Shown here in pieces: positions 8,704-18,142 of a stretch of DNA of 64,000 nucleotides. The DNA is from Mogibacterium sp. (GTDB lineage Bacteria > Bacillota > Clostridia > Peptostreptococcales > Anaerovoracaceae), in NCBI GenBank assembly GCA_017512145.1, contig JAFWHB010000003.1, positions 7,629-71,628 of the forward strand, in the 5' to 3' direction. Each line of letters begins with the position of its first letter. The stretch's first letter is position 1. The notes under the pieces are model-generated. The model did no database searches, was not told the DNA's origin, and saw only the letters and a list, made by a program, of their open reading frames with translations. The position numbers were made by a program, and so were the translations under genes.

Positions 8704-9630
8704 ATGAACTTTGATACACAGCATAAATCAATACAGACAACGGACACTGTTCTTATGGTAGTACCTGCTGCCTTTGGCTACAACGAGGAGACAGCAGTTA
8801 ACAATTCATTCCAGAGCAGGACCTTCGGCGGGGATATCGCTGAGACTGCCATCAAAGAAACAGAAGCCTACATCAGATTACTTAAAGAAAACGGCATCAC
8901 CGTGCTCGTTGCGTATGATACGCCGGAGCCTCGCACCCCTGATGCTGTATTTCCTAACAACTGGTTCAGTACACATGAAGATGGAATACTGGTCATGTAT
9001 CCTATGTTCGCTGAGAACAGAAGGCTCGAGCGTAAGCAATGGCCTCTTGAGGAGATAACTGCAAACTTTGACATCTCAAGGATGGTTGATCTCAGACCAT
9101 ATGAGGAGAAGGGAATGTTCCTTGAAGGTACAGGCTCGCTGGTCCTCGACAGGGTGAATAGGATAGCATACGCGTGCAAGTCTCCAAGGACAAACATGAC
9201 TGTTCTTGACGACTTCTGCAGCCAGCTAGGATATACACCTTGTGTCTTTGAGGCATATGATGAAGTGGGCCTGCAGATATATCATACTAATGTAATGATG
9301 AACGTCGGAACAAGAATAGCGGTGGTCTGCATGGATTCGATCAGAGACCCTGGCCAGAGGGAGCTTGTCAGAGAGACACTTGAGAAGACGGGCAAAGTAA
9401 TCATGGAGATAACTCCGGATCAGATGAATCATTTTGCAGGCAACATGCTCGAGCTTCATAACAGATGCGGTAAGCCATGCCTTGTCATGTCGCAAACAGC
9501 ATATAACAGTCTTACGGACGGGCAGATAAGAATGCTTGAGACCCATATGAAGCTGATAACGCCGGACATCCCTTGCATAGAGCAGATCGGCGGAGGATCA
9601 GCAAGATGCATGCTCGCAGAGATATTCTAA
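8704..9630 (+). CDS. Guanidino-group-modifying enzyme superfamily protein (amidinotransferase / arginine-deiminase-related, CtlX-like)
   Basis: About 308 aa. C-terminal GGGSARCMLAEIF carries the catalytic Cys signature of this superfamily. Confidence 0.65.
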   Translation: MNFDTQHKSIQTTDTVLMVVPAAFGYNEETAVNNSFQSRTFGGDIAETAIKETEAYIRLLKENGITVLVAYDTPEPRTPDAVFPNNWFSTHEDGILVMYPMFAENRRLERKQWPLEEITANFDISRMVDLRPYEEKGMFLEGTGSLVLDRVNRIAYACKSPRTNMTVLDDFCSQLGYTPCVFEAYDEVGLQIYHTNVMMNVGTRIAVVCMDSIRDPGQRELVRETLEKTGKVIMEITPDQMNHFAGNMLELHNRCGKPCLVMSQTAYNSLTDGQIRMLETHMKLITPDIPCIEQIGGGSARCMLAEIF

Positions 9631-9639
9631 GCTCTTCAT

Positions 9640-9661
9640 AGCCCTCACAGGAGGGCTTTTC
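9640..9661 (+). terminator. Rho-independent terminator
   Basis: agccctc acag gagggct followed by TTTT. Confidence 0.75.
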
Positions 9662-9754
9662 TAATCTTAAGAATGTTGTAATAATTACATAAGATGTTTC
9701 TTAATATAATTATTCTAGTATATAGTCAGGGATCGAAAAGGAGGCTAATACATC

Positions 9755-10462
9755 ATGTCCGGTAAGAAACAGACCACAATACTTATAGTCGATGATGACA
9801 AGGCTATTGCAGATGCAGTCGCTTTCTATCTGAAGGGTGAAGGCTACGATACTGTAATGGCATATGACGGTATTGAAGCGCTGAATGCCATGAAGTCATG
9901 CGACATAAGCCTGATCATAATGGACATTATGATGCCGGGTCTCGATGGGATCCAGACCACACTCAGAATCCGTGAGGAACACAATATTCCTATTATCATG
10001 CTCTCTGCGAAGACAGAGGATTATGACAAGATCATGGGACTGAATGTCGGCGCAGATGACTATGTGACCAAACCTTTCAATCCCCTTGAACTTATAGCAA
10101 GGGTCAAATCTCAGCTAAGAAGATACAACTACCTCGGAAGTGCTGCGCCGGTCTCTGACAAAGTATTCAGGACCGGCGGCCTCGAGATCAATGATGATTC
10201 CAGGACGGTAACCATCGATGGTGAGGAGGTGTCGCTTACACCGACTGAGTACGGGATACTCAAGCTTCTCACCGAGAATGCCGGAAGAGTATACAGCATT
10301 GAGCAGATATACGAAGCTGTATGGAATGAAGAGGCATACAATCCAGAGAACACTGTAGCAGTACACATCAGAAGGATAAGGGAGAAGATCGAGATAGACC
10401 CTAAGAATCCGCGTTACCTCAAGGTCGTATGGGGCGTCGGATATAAAGTGGAGAAGGTGTAA
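9755..10462 (+). CDS. OmpR-family response regulator
   Basis: Receiver domain (ILIVDDD...MDIMMPGLDG) plus a winged-helix C-terminus (VWGVGYK). Confidence 0.9.
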   Translation: MSGKKQTTILIVDDDKAIADAVAFYLKGEGYDTVMAYDGIEALNAMKSCDISLIIMDIMMPGLDGIQTTLRIREEHNIPIIMLSAKTEDYDKIMGLNVGADDYVTKPFNPLELIARVKSQLRRYNYLGSAAPVSDKVFRTGGLEINDDSRTVTIDGEEVSLTPTEYGILKLLTENAGRVYSIEQIYEAVWNEEAYNPENTVAVHIRRIREKIEIDPKNPRYLKVVWGVGYKVEKV

Positions 10463-10463
10463 T

Positions 10464-12185
10464 ATGGATATTAAGAAATCAAGAGGATTATACGCGGTCT
10501 GCTCAGTTCTGGCGCCGCTCTCAGGAGCCGCAATAGGGGCACTGGCAGCTATCCTGAGCTGCGTATCGAATATGGCGGATAAGGCACATCTGACCAAGGA
10601 AGAATTCGAGGACCTGTCCAATTATGGCTGGGTAGCAGAATTTACCAGCAGCAGAGCAAGAGCTGAGCTCTGTGAATATCTGCTCTGGGGTATAATAGCG
10701 GCCGGAATCGTCTTCGCTGTTACCTTCATAATGCTGAATATTATGACAGGGAATACAGACCGGAATGAAGACGGATCAATCAGACTGAACTGGTTTGACA
10801 GGATCTGGAGCGAGGTTCATATCGCCGGCGGTATATTTGCTGCTACAATGGCAATCATTCAGGCAGGATATATTCACAGCATTGCAAGGAGTCTTGACTG
10901 GTTCGCAGCATACAAACCAGTCAATCCGAACAATTATGAATTAGGCATACCGAATCAGAGTGCTTTCATCATGCTCTTCATAGGCATGGCAGCGATGATC
11001 TGGGCTGCAGTAGCCTGCTGGCTCTCGCTGGTCAAGAAGATCAAGGCCAGGGAACTTCTTAATAAGTCCTTACTTGGCAAACTCATTATCACAGTATGGA
11101 CCGGAATCAGAAAGGCATGGGATACTCTCCGTGCCGGCTACAGAAGCTTCTCAGTACCAGAGGATGCAGATCAGCGGGCAGCGTTCAAGCTTATTATCAA
11201 GTATTGCCTGATAGCAGCAGCCCTGATATGGGGACCGATAATCTGCAACACGGTATTCTTCGGATTCTCTAGTGGGTTCCTGATCCTACCTGCGTTCATA
11301 TCCACGATACTTGCGGCATATATTATCATTCGCAGGATCGGCAAGATTGCTGAGATAAGGGCAGGGGTCATATCTGTTAAGTCGGGAGACCTTGCTCACC
11401 GTATCACGGTCAACTGCGATATGAATGGTCCTAAGACTGAACTCGACAAGCTCGCATCAGACATCAATCACATCTCTGAGGCAACAGACATAGCTGTTCA
11501 GAATGAGATCAAGAATCAGAGACTCAAGACGGACCTTATCAGCAATGTCTCTCATGATCTCAAGACACCGCTTACCTCGATGATAAGCTATCTGGATATT
11601 CTTGAAAGAGAGGGCCTTGACAGTCCTGATGCAGAAGAACATCTTGCGATAGTCCGCGAGAAGACCGACAGACTGAAGACTTTGACCGAGGAACTCTTCG
11701 AAGCAGCCAAAGCATCAAGCGGCAATATCCCTTGTGAGATCGAAGACATCGACATTGCTGCTCTTGTCGATCAGTCTCTGGCAGAACTTTCAGACAGACT
11801 GTCAGCAAGGAATCTGATCATCAGGAAGAGCATCAGGACAGAGCAAACTATGGTCAGGGCTGACGGCAAGCTGCTGTACAGAGTGTTCGAGAACCTCCTG
11901 AGCAATATCAGCAAGTATGCTCTCGAAGGCAGCCGTGTATATATTGATGTCAATGACATACCTGGCTCAGAGAGAAAGCTCATAGAATTCAAGAATATCT
12001 CGAAGGATGAGCTCAACATCAGTGCAGATGAACTCATGGAGAGGTTCACAAGAGGCGATTCTTCAAGGAATACTGAAGGCAGCGGACTCGGACTTGCGAT
12101 AGCCAGAGACCTCACAACTCTGATGGGCGGTAACTTTGATATCAGCATCGACGGAGACATGTTCAAGGCATCGGTCAGGATCTGA
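10464..12185 (+). CDS. Sensor histidine kinase with multi-TM N-terminal sensor
   Basis: H-box SHDLKTPLTSM, N/G boxes (GSGLGLAI), several N-terminal TM segments. Adjacent to the response regulator. Confidence 0.9.
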   Translation: MDIKKSRGLYAVCSVLAPLSGAAIGALAAILSCVSNMADKAHLTKEEFEDLSNYGWVAEFTSSRARAELCEYLLWGIIAAGIVFAVTFIMLNIMTGNTDRNEDGSIRLNWFDRIWSEVHIAGGIFAATMAIIQAGYIHSIARSLDWFAAYKPVNPNNYELGIPNQSAFIMLFIGMAAMIWAAVACWLSLVKKIKARELLNKSLLGKLIITVWTGIRKAWDTLRAGYRSFSVPEDADQRAAFKLIIKYCLIAAALIWGPIICNTVFFGFSSGFLILPAFISTILAAYIIIRRIGKIAEIRAGVISVKSGDLAHRITVNCDMNGPKTELDKLASDINHISEATDIAVQNEIKNQRLKTDLISNVSHDLKTPLTSMISYLDILEREGLDSPDAEEHLAIVREKTDRLKTLTEELFEAAKASSGNIPCEIEDIDIAALVDQSLAELSDRLSARNLIIRKSIRTEQTMVRADGKLLYRVFENLLSNISKYALEGSRVYIDVNDIPGSERKLIEFKNISKDELNISADELMERFTRGDSSRNTEGSGLGLAIARDLTTLMGGNFDISIDGDMFKASVRI

Positions 12186-12204
12186 TAATCAGATAATCAT
12201 ACGG

Positions 12205-12231
12205 TGGCTCCGGATGTTCCGGGGCCATTTT
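12205..12231 (+). terminator. Rho-independent terminator
   Basis: tggctccgg...ccggggcca followed by TTTT. Confidence 0.75.
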
Positions 12232-12337
12232 GATTTGCATTTCAAATCTAAAGTTCTCTAAATTTTCACATATCCGTGACTTGCTTTTAAACTGGAATTG
12301 TATAATTGACATGTAAGAGAAAACATCATCAGGAGGC

Positions 12338-13330
12338 ATGGTAATGACATATATTAACAGACACAGACGCTATTTATTCATGATAATTGTCGGTATCTTT
12401 ATTGCTGCTATAGCGATCGCTGCGACATCCTGCGGCGATGGTTCAGCAAAGAGAGCAGAGAATGAGGAGCGTGTCATAAGAGCAGTATCAGAATACCCTG
12501 GTGACGGACTTTATGATCCGGTGGTCACTGTACTTGGCGTTGATGTTCCGGCTCCTACCGAAGAAGAGAAGAAGGAAGCCGAAGAACAAGCCGCTGCAGA
12601 GAAGGCAGCCTGGGAGAAGGCTGTCGGAGACTGTTTTGCAGAGGGAATGTTCGAGAACTTCTATGACAAGTGGTACCGGATCCATGTTGTAGGAATAGCA
12701 TATGCACGTAATTTGACCACTGAAGTGACAGAACTCAGTACAGAAGACGATGATGCTTCAGATAATATCGAGCATGTACTGACGAAGATCACTGCAACAG
12801 ACTCCTCCGGAAAGGCTCAGGAATTCGACATGGACTGGATGGTCGTCTTTGACAAAGACGACAAGAGCTTGATACAGAGGATCGAGCTTCAGGACGATGG
12901 CGGATTCTATGAATCAACCAGTGCCCAGTTCGACATCGGCGAAGGACTGACAGTAACAGAGGACGAAGAGAACGACACCAGGACCATAGAGACAGATTAT
13001 TTCACACTGACACTTGGAAGAGCCAGCACCTGGAACTATGAGCAGAATGATCCGGGCAGGATCTCGATTTACAACACAGCAGCTCATGATGCCGGCATTG
13101 GGGGACATATTATGTCAGTACAGGCCTTCGATCCTGAGGATGAATCTTATGACATCATCCCTAATAAGGTAATTGGTGAGAAAGAAGGCAAGAAAATAGT
13201 TGTAACATATGCCTCCGATGTGCAATATAATATTAATGATAATGCTCAATCAGATGATTATATGACCGTCCGCAGAGAGGCGGAGACCATTAAGGAAGGA
13301 GGGGCTGAAGGGCCGCTCAGACTCAAGTAG
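12338..13330 (+). CDS. Hypothetical membrane-anchored or lipoprotein
   Basis: N-terminal TM/signal segment ending AATSC (lipobox-like), then an acidic low-complexity linker. Confidence 0.5.
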   Translation: MVMTYINRHRRYLFMIIVGIFIAAIAIAATSCGDGSAKRAENEERVIRAVSEYPGDGLYDPVVTVLGVDVPAPTEEEKKEAEEQAAAEKAAWEKAVGDCFAEGMFENFYDKWYRIHVVGIAYARNLTTEVTELSTEDDDASDNIEHVLTKITATDSSGKAQEFDMDWMVVFDKDDKSLIQRIELQDDGGFYESTSAQFDIGEGLTVTEDEENDTRTIETDYFTLTLGRASTWNYEQNDPGRISIYNTAAHDAGIGGHIMSVQAFDPEDESYDIIPNKVIGEKEGKKIVVTYASDVQYNINDNAQSDDYMTVRREAETIKEGGAEGPLRLK

Positions 13331-13353
13331 CATTTCGCAAGGAGGAGATAGTA

Positions 13354-14265
13354 ATGAAGAAATACATCAGCATACTGCTCGCACTGATGGTGGTCCTGGC
13401 ATTTTCAGGCTGTGAGCCAAAGAATTCAGGTGATGATGTACCTGCAGATGACGGCCAGAATCCGGTCATGAACTTTGTCGGCAATTATGTGTGCGACAGA
13501 GCATCCATCTTCATCTCTGCAGAGGGAGAGGACGGTGCCAGCGCTATCGTCAGATGGGCAAGCAGTGCATCTGAGAATTCAAGCTGGATGATGAGCGGTA
13601 CATTCGACACAGAAACTCTCAGGTTCGATTACACCAATGGAGTCAGAACAGACTATGTGAATAATGACCAGAGCGAGGAAGACAGTGTAACTGAGGCCTA
13701 TACTGATGGCACCGGTTATATGCAGTTCACAGATGGTGAGAATCTCACACTCGAATGGCATGATGATAAGGAGAATATTGCCGATGGCATGGTCTTCGAA
13801 TATTCATCAGAGATGCCGACTGCCGGAATGACCAATCCATGGCAGACTGCAGACACACTTGCAGCAGCAGCCGAAGGCGCAGGCCTTGACGGCTTTGATA
13901 TTGCTGAGGGCAGCCAGATCAGCCTCGGAGAGATCAAGGCTGAAGAGTACAGATACATGGATGGCCTTGCAGAAGCCCGTATTCCTGCCGCAGCAGTCGA
14001 AATGACCATCCGCAAGGGAACTTCTATGGCAGCAGGACCTGAAGGAGATGTATCCGGTGACTACAATGAGTACAAGTTCAACTGGACACAGAACATCAAG
14101 GGCCTTGAGGTCCAGTGCTACGGCAACCGTGAGGGAGAGGCTACCAAGACAATCTGGTCATCGGGAGATTACTGCTATGCGATCCTCGCATACGGTGCAG
14201 GCGGAGACGATGACTTTGGGCTTAGTGCAGACGATCTGAATTCACTGATCAACGGCATTCAATAA
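13354..14265 (+). CDS. Hypothetical lipoprotein
   Basis: Signal peptide with a canonical lipobox LAFSGC. GGAGG RBS. Confidence 0.6.
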   Translation: MKKYISILLALMVVLAFSGCEPKNSGDDVPADDGQNPVMNFVGNYVCDRASIFISAEGEDGASAIVRWASSASENSSWMMSGTFDTETLRFDYTNGVRTDYVNNDQSEEDSVTEAYTDGTGYMQFTDGENLTLEWHDDKENIADGMVFEYSSEMPTAGMTNPWQTADTLAAAAEGAGLDGFDIAEGSQISLGEIKAEEYRYMDGLAEARIPAAAVEMTIRKGTSMAAGPEGDVSGDYNEYKFNWTQNIKGLEVQCYGNREGEATKTIWSSGDYCYAILAYGAGGDDDFGLSADDLNSLINGIQ

Positions 14266-14288
14266 TACATATTCAGCTGAATAATAAC

Positions 14289-14317
14289 TTGACTTACAAG
14301 TCGTAACGAAATAGAAT
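14289..14317 (+). promoter_or_regulatory. Sigma-70-type promoter upstream of the MATE transporter
   Basis: TTGACT, 17-nt spacer, TAGAAT. Confidence 0.55.
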
Positions 14318-14406
14318 ATTACAGTCATTCAAGAGGATAGCATCTGCGTGGCAGTTGCTATTCTCTTTATAATGAAAGAATTATTACAGGGCAGAGGGGA
14401 TAAGCC

Positions 14407-15780
14407 ATGTGGAAGAAGTTATTTGAACCGGTAGATATGACGCAGGGAGATCCGGTTCGACAGATCGTCAAATTCATGATACCAATGCTGATAGGTAATG
14501 TCTTTCAGCAGCTTTATAATACAGTAGACAGCATCGTAGTCGGCAAATATGTAGGGGATAATGCCCTCGCAGCTGTAGGCAGCGCAGGACCTATACTCAA
14601 TCTGCTGCTGGTTCTTTTCATCGGTATATCTGTCGGTGCCGGAATCATGGTATCGCAGTACTATGGAGCCAAGCAGAGAAAGTCTCTGTCCAAGTCGATC
14701 GGCTGCTGCATTACCATGACATTCCTTTCGTCACTTATAGTCATGGGCATTGCTCCGCTGATCATTATGCCGCTTCTCAAGATGCTCAACACTCCTGCTG
14801 AGATAATCGACTGGTGCAATGGTTATCTGAGAATAGTGTTCCTCGGAATAGCAGGCAGCGCATTCTACAACATTCTCGGTGGTGTACTGAGAGGTCTCGG
14901 AGATTCAATATCCGCACTCTGGTATCTGATCATTGCAACTATCCTCAATATCGTTCTGGATATTTACTTCGTTGCAGGACTCGGAATGGGGGTCAACGGC
15001 GTTGCACTTGCTACAGTCATTGCGCAGGGAGTATCTGCAGTTCTTTCATTCCTCAAGCTCTGCAGGAAGAAGGATTGCTTCGACATGAAGGCTAAATATC
15101 TCAAGCCTGAGAGGAAGTACTTCATGGAGCTCGTAAGACTGGGACTTCCATCCGGCATTACACAGATGATCTTCTCACTTTCGATCGTTATCGTGCAGTC
15201 CCTTACTAACAGCTTTGGCGCTATGTGCATTGCTACTAACGTCATCGTAATGAGGATCGACGGATTCGTAATGATGCCGGCATTCTCATTCGGCTCTGCA
15301 ATGACGACCTTCGCAGGACAGAATATCGGAGCCGGAAGACTTGACCGTGTCCAGGATGGAGCAAAGCGCGGCACTAAGGTCGCTATGGCTACTTCGGCAG
15401 TGATCACTCTGCTGATACTTGTTTTCGGTAAGTATCTGATGGCACTCTTTACCAACACTCAGGAGCTTATCGATCAGAGTTATCATATGATGCTGATACT
15501 TGGCCTGGGATATATTGCTATGGAGGTAACACAGTGCCTTCAGGGAATCATGAGAGGAGCTGGAGACACTATGACTCCGATGTGGCTCTCGATGATTTCA
15601 ACTGTAGTTATCCGTCTGCCACTTGCATATCTGATGACATGGATGACAAGATCCCCGGAGAATCCTCAGGGCGAATTCTATATGATGTTCCTTTCTCTGC
15701 TTATTTCATGGCTCATAGGATCGGCTCTGACATTTATCCTGTATAAGAAAGGAAACTGGAAACGCAAAGCTCTGATTTAG
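14407..15780 (+). CDS. MATE family efflux transporter
   Basis: About 457 aa with 12 predicted TM segments. N-terminal PMLIGNVFQQLYNTVDSIVVG block is typical of MATE/NorM proteins. Confidence 0.85.
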   Translation: MWKKLFEPVDMTQGDPVRQIVKFMIPMLIGNVFQQLYNTVDSIVVGKYVGDNALAAVGSAGPILNLLLVLFIGISVGAGIMVSQYYGAKQRKSLSKSIGCCITMTFLSSLIVMGIAPLIIMPLLKMLNTPAEIIDWCNGYLRIVFLGIAGSAFYNILGGVLRGLGDSISALWYLIIATILNIVLDIYFVAGLGMGVNGVALATVIAQGVSAVLSFLKLCRKKDCFDMKAKYLKPERKYFMELVRLGLPSGITQMIFSLSIVIVQSLTNSFGAMCIATNVIVMRIDGFVMMPAFSFGSAMTTFAGQNIGAGRLDRVQDGAKRGTKVAMATSAVITLLILVFGKYLMALFTNTQELIDQSYHMMLILGLGYIAMEVTQCLQGIMRGAGDTMTPMWLSMISTVVIRLPLAYLMTWMTRSPENPQGEFYMMFLSLLISWLIGSALTFILYKKGNWKRKALI

Positions 15781-15816
15781 CACAAATGCAGACAACTTAA
15801 TAATATAAAGTAACGA

Positions 15817-15848
15817 CCTCGAAATTTGACCAAAATTTCGAGGTTTTT
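15817..15848 (+). terminator. Rho-independent terminator
   Basis: cctcgaaatt...aatttcgagg followed by TTTTT. Confidence 0.85.
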
Positions 15849-15958
15849 ATAAATTATTGAAAGCGAACAAGCGCTGTGGCAATATTTAAATATGAAATCA
15901 GAAGATTTACATGGTATTGTAAATCTTTTTCAGTGTTCACGTGTGGAGGCAATTAATT

Positions 15959-17650
15959 ATGAGCAGTAAAGGGGCAGACAGCCTTAAGAAAAGATTTCTC
16001 ATGATCGATCCTGCAATCGTAGCGGACAGCAATGAAACATATACGATCCAGGAGACATACACTGAGACATATGGCCTTGACAAGCTGGGCTTCAGACCAT
16101 CCGCAGTGCGCCGTAATCTCAGCCCGACTGTACTGATCGAAAAAGCCATCAGAAATCAGGAGGGAATCCTTACGGATACAGGCGCTCTCGCAGTAACGAC
16201 CGGCAAGTTCACAGGCCGTTCACCACATGACAAGTACATTGTTGATACTGATGGTGTACATGATCTGATCAACTGGGGTGATGTTAATCACCCAATAGAC
16301 AGAAAGGTCTTTGACGCGCTTAAGGAAGAAATGATAAACTTCCTTGAAGGACAGGAAATCTATGTGTTTGACGGTTTCGCAGGAGCAGATCCTAATTACA
16401 GACGTAAGTTCCGTGTTATCAACGAGCTGCCATCGCAGAATCTGTTCATTCGCGATCTTCTTATAAGACCTACAGCAGAGGAGCTTGCTAACTTTGGCGA
16501 AGCAGATTACACTATCCTCGTAGCACCGGGATACAAGTGCAATGCCAAGCGTTACGGCATCAACTCAGAGGCTGCGATCATAATCGACTATGAGGCACAC
16601 TTCGCCATCATTGCAGGATCACAGTACTCAGGAGAGATCAAGAAGACTGTATTCTCGATTATGAATTATGTCATGCCGGTCGAGGAGAATGTGCTTCCGA
16701 TGCACTGCTCGTGCAACATGGATCCTAAGACTGGTGATACAGCTGTATTCTTCGGACTTTCGGGAACAGGCAAGACAACTCTTTCAGCAGATCCGGGACG
16801 CGAGCTTATCGGAGATGACGAGCATGGCTGGTCGCCGGAGGGTATCTTCAATTTTGAAGGCGGATGCTATGCTAAGTGCATAGACCTTGAAGAAGAAAAG
16901 GAACCGGAGATATATCACGCTATCCACTTTGGGTCTGTTCTTGAGAATGTCGTAACCGATAGTGATACTAGAATGCCGGATTATACCGACAGATCTCTTA
17001 CCGAGAATACTCGTGTAGGTTATCCAATCGAATTCATTCCTAATGCCAGCAGCAATGGAAGAGGCGGTATACCTAAGGTAGTCCTTTTCCTTACAGCTGA
17101 TGCATTCGGAGTTCTTCCGCCTATATCTAAGCTTTCGAGAAATGCTGCGATCTATCACTTCGTAACAGGCTTTACAGCTAAGCTTGCAGGTACAGAGCGT
17201 GGCGTCAAGGAGCCGCAGCCTACATTCTCTACACTCTTCGGAGAGCCGTTCATGCCTCTGAAGACCGAGAAATATGCAGAAATGTTCGGCGAGAGACTTG
17301 ATGAATACGGAACCAAGGTATATCTTGTCAATACAGGATGGACCGGCGGAGCATTCGGCACAGGAAGCCGTATCAAGCTGAAGTATACAAGAGCAATGGT
17401 AACAGCTGCTCTTAATGGAGAGCTTGAATCCGCAGATTATGTACATGATGACAGATTCAATCTTGAGATCCCTACATCTGTAGAGGGAGTTCCTGAGGAA
17501 CTCATGATCCCTCGCAATGCATGGGAAGATAAGGATGCATACGACAAGCAGGCAGATGAGCTTGCTGATATGTTCATAAAGAACTTTGCTAAGAAGTATC
17601 CTGATATGCCGGAGGCAGTACTGAATGCAGGCCCGGCAAGACAGAATTAG
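15959..17650 (+). CDS. pckA: Phosphoenolpyruvate carboxykinase (ATP)
   Basis: Kinase-1a motif GLSGTGKTTLS and PckA-typical blocks (GRSPHDKY, IGDDEHGW). GGAGG RBS upstream of the ATG at 15959. Confidence 0.9.
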   Translation: MSSKGADSLKKRFLMIDPAIVADSNETYTIQETYTETYGLDKLGFRPSAVRRNLSPTVLIEKAIRNQEGILTDTGALAVTTGKFTGRSPHDKYIVDTDGVHDLINWGDVNHPIDRKVFDALKEEMINFLEGQEIYVFDGFAGADPNYRRKFRVINELPSQNLFIRDLLIRPTAEELANFGEADYTILVAPGYKCNAKRYGINSEAAIIIDYEAHFAIIAGSQYSGEIKKTVFSIMNYVMPVEENVLPMHCSCNMDPKTGDTAVFFGLSGTGKTTLSADPGRELIGDDEHGWSPEGIFNFEGGCYAKCIDLEEEKEPEIYHAIHFGSVLENVVTDSDTRMPDYTDRSLTENTRVGYPIEFIPNASSNGRGGIPKVVLFLTADAFGVLPPISKLSRNAAIYHFVTGFTAKLAGTERGVKEPQPTFSTLFGEPFMPLKTEKYAEMFGERLDEYGTKVYLVNTGWTGGAFGTGSRIKLKYTRAMVTAALNGELESADYVHDDRFNLEIPTSVEGVPEELMIPRNAWEDKDAYDKQADELADMFIKNFAKKYPDMPEAVLNAGPARQN

Positions 17651-17705
17651 TTATAGGAGATCTAATCCGATAATGTGCTAAGTTGACAACAAGAAAGGTA
17701 TAACC

Positions 17706-18134
17706 ATGAAAAACATCGACGAAATGGATATCCAGATCATGAATCTCCTCAAGATGAACGCTCGAATCTCACTCAAAGAGCTTTCAAACGATATCCACCT
17801 TACTACGCCGGCACTTTCTGCACGTATAGACAAGCTCGAGAAGGCTGGCTTTATCAAGGGCTATCATGCAGATGTAGACCTTGAGAAGCTTGGATATAAG
17901 ATCAAGGCTTTCATCCAGATCTCAGTACTTCCGGAAGATCAGCGCAAATTCTATGACTTTGTTCAGAGAGAGGACAATATCCTTGAGTGCGATCACATCA
18001 CAGGTGTATATTCAATGCTCCTCAAGGTAGTTTTCCCATCGACAGCAGATCTTGATGTGTTTATCGGAAGACTTCAGGAATTCGGAAGAACAGAGACACA
18101 GGTAGTATTCTCAACAATACTCGAAAGATTCTAA
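17706..18134 (+). CDS. Lrp/AsnC family transcriptional regulator
   Basis: N-terminal HTH (ISLKELSNDIHLTTPALSARIDKLEKAG) plus a RAM-like C-terminal domain; 142 aa. Confidence 0.85.
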   Translation: MKNIDEMDIQIMNLLKMNARISLKELSNDIHLTTPALSARIDKLEKAGFIKGYHADVDLEKLGYKIKAFIQISVLPEDQRKFYDFVQREDNILECDHITGVYSMLLKVVFPSTADLDVFIGRLQEFGRTETQVVFSTILERF

Positions 18135-18142
18135 AGATTCTA

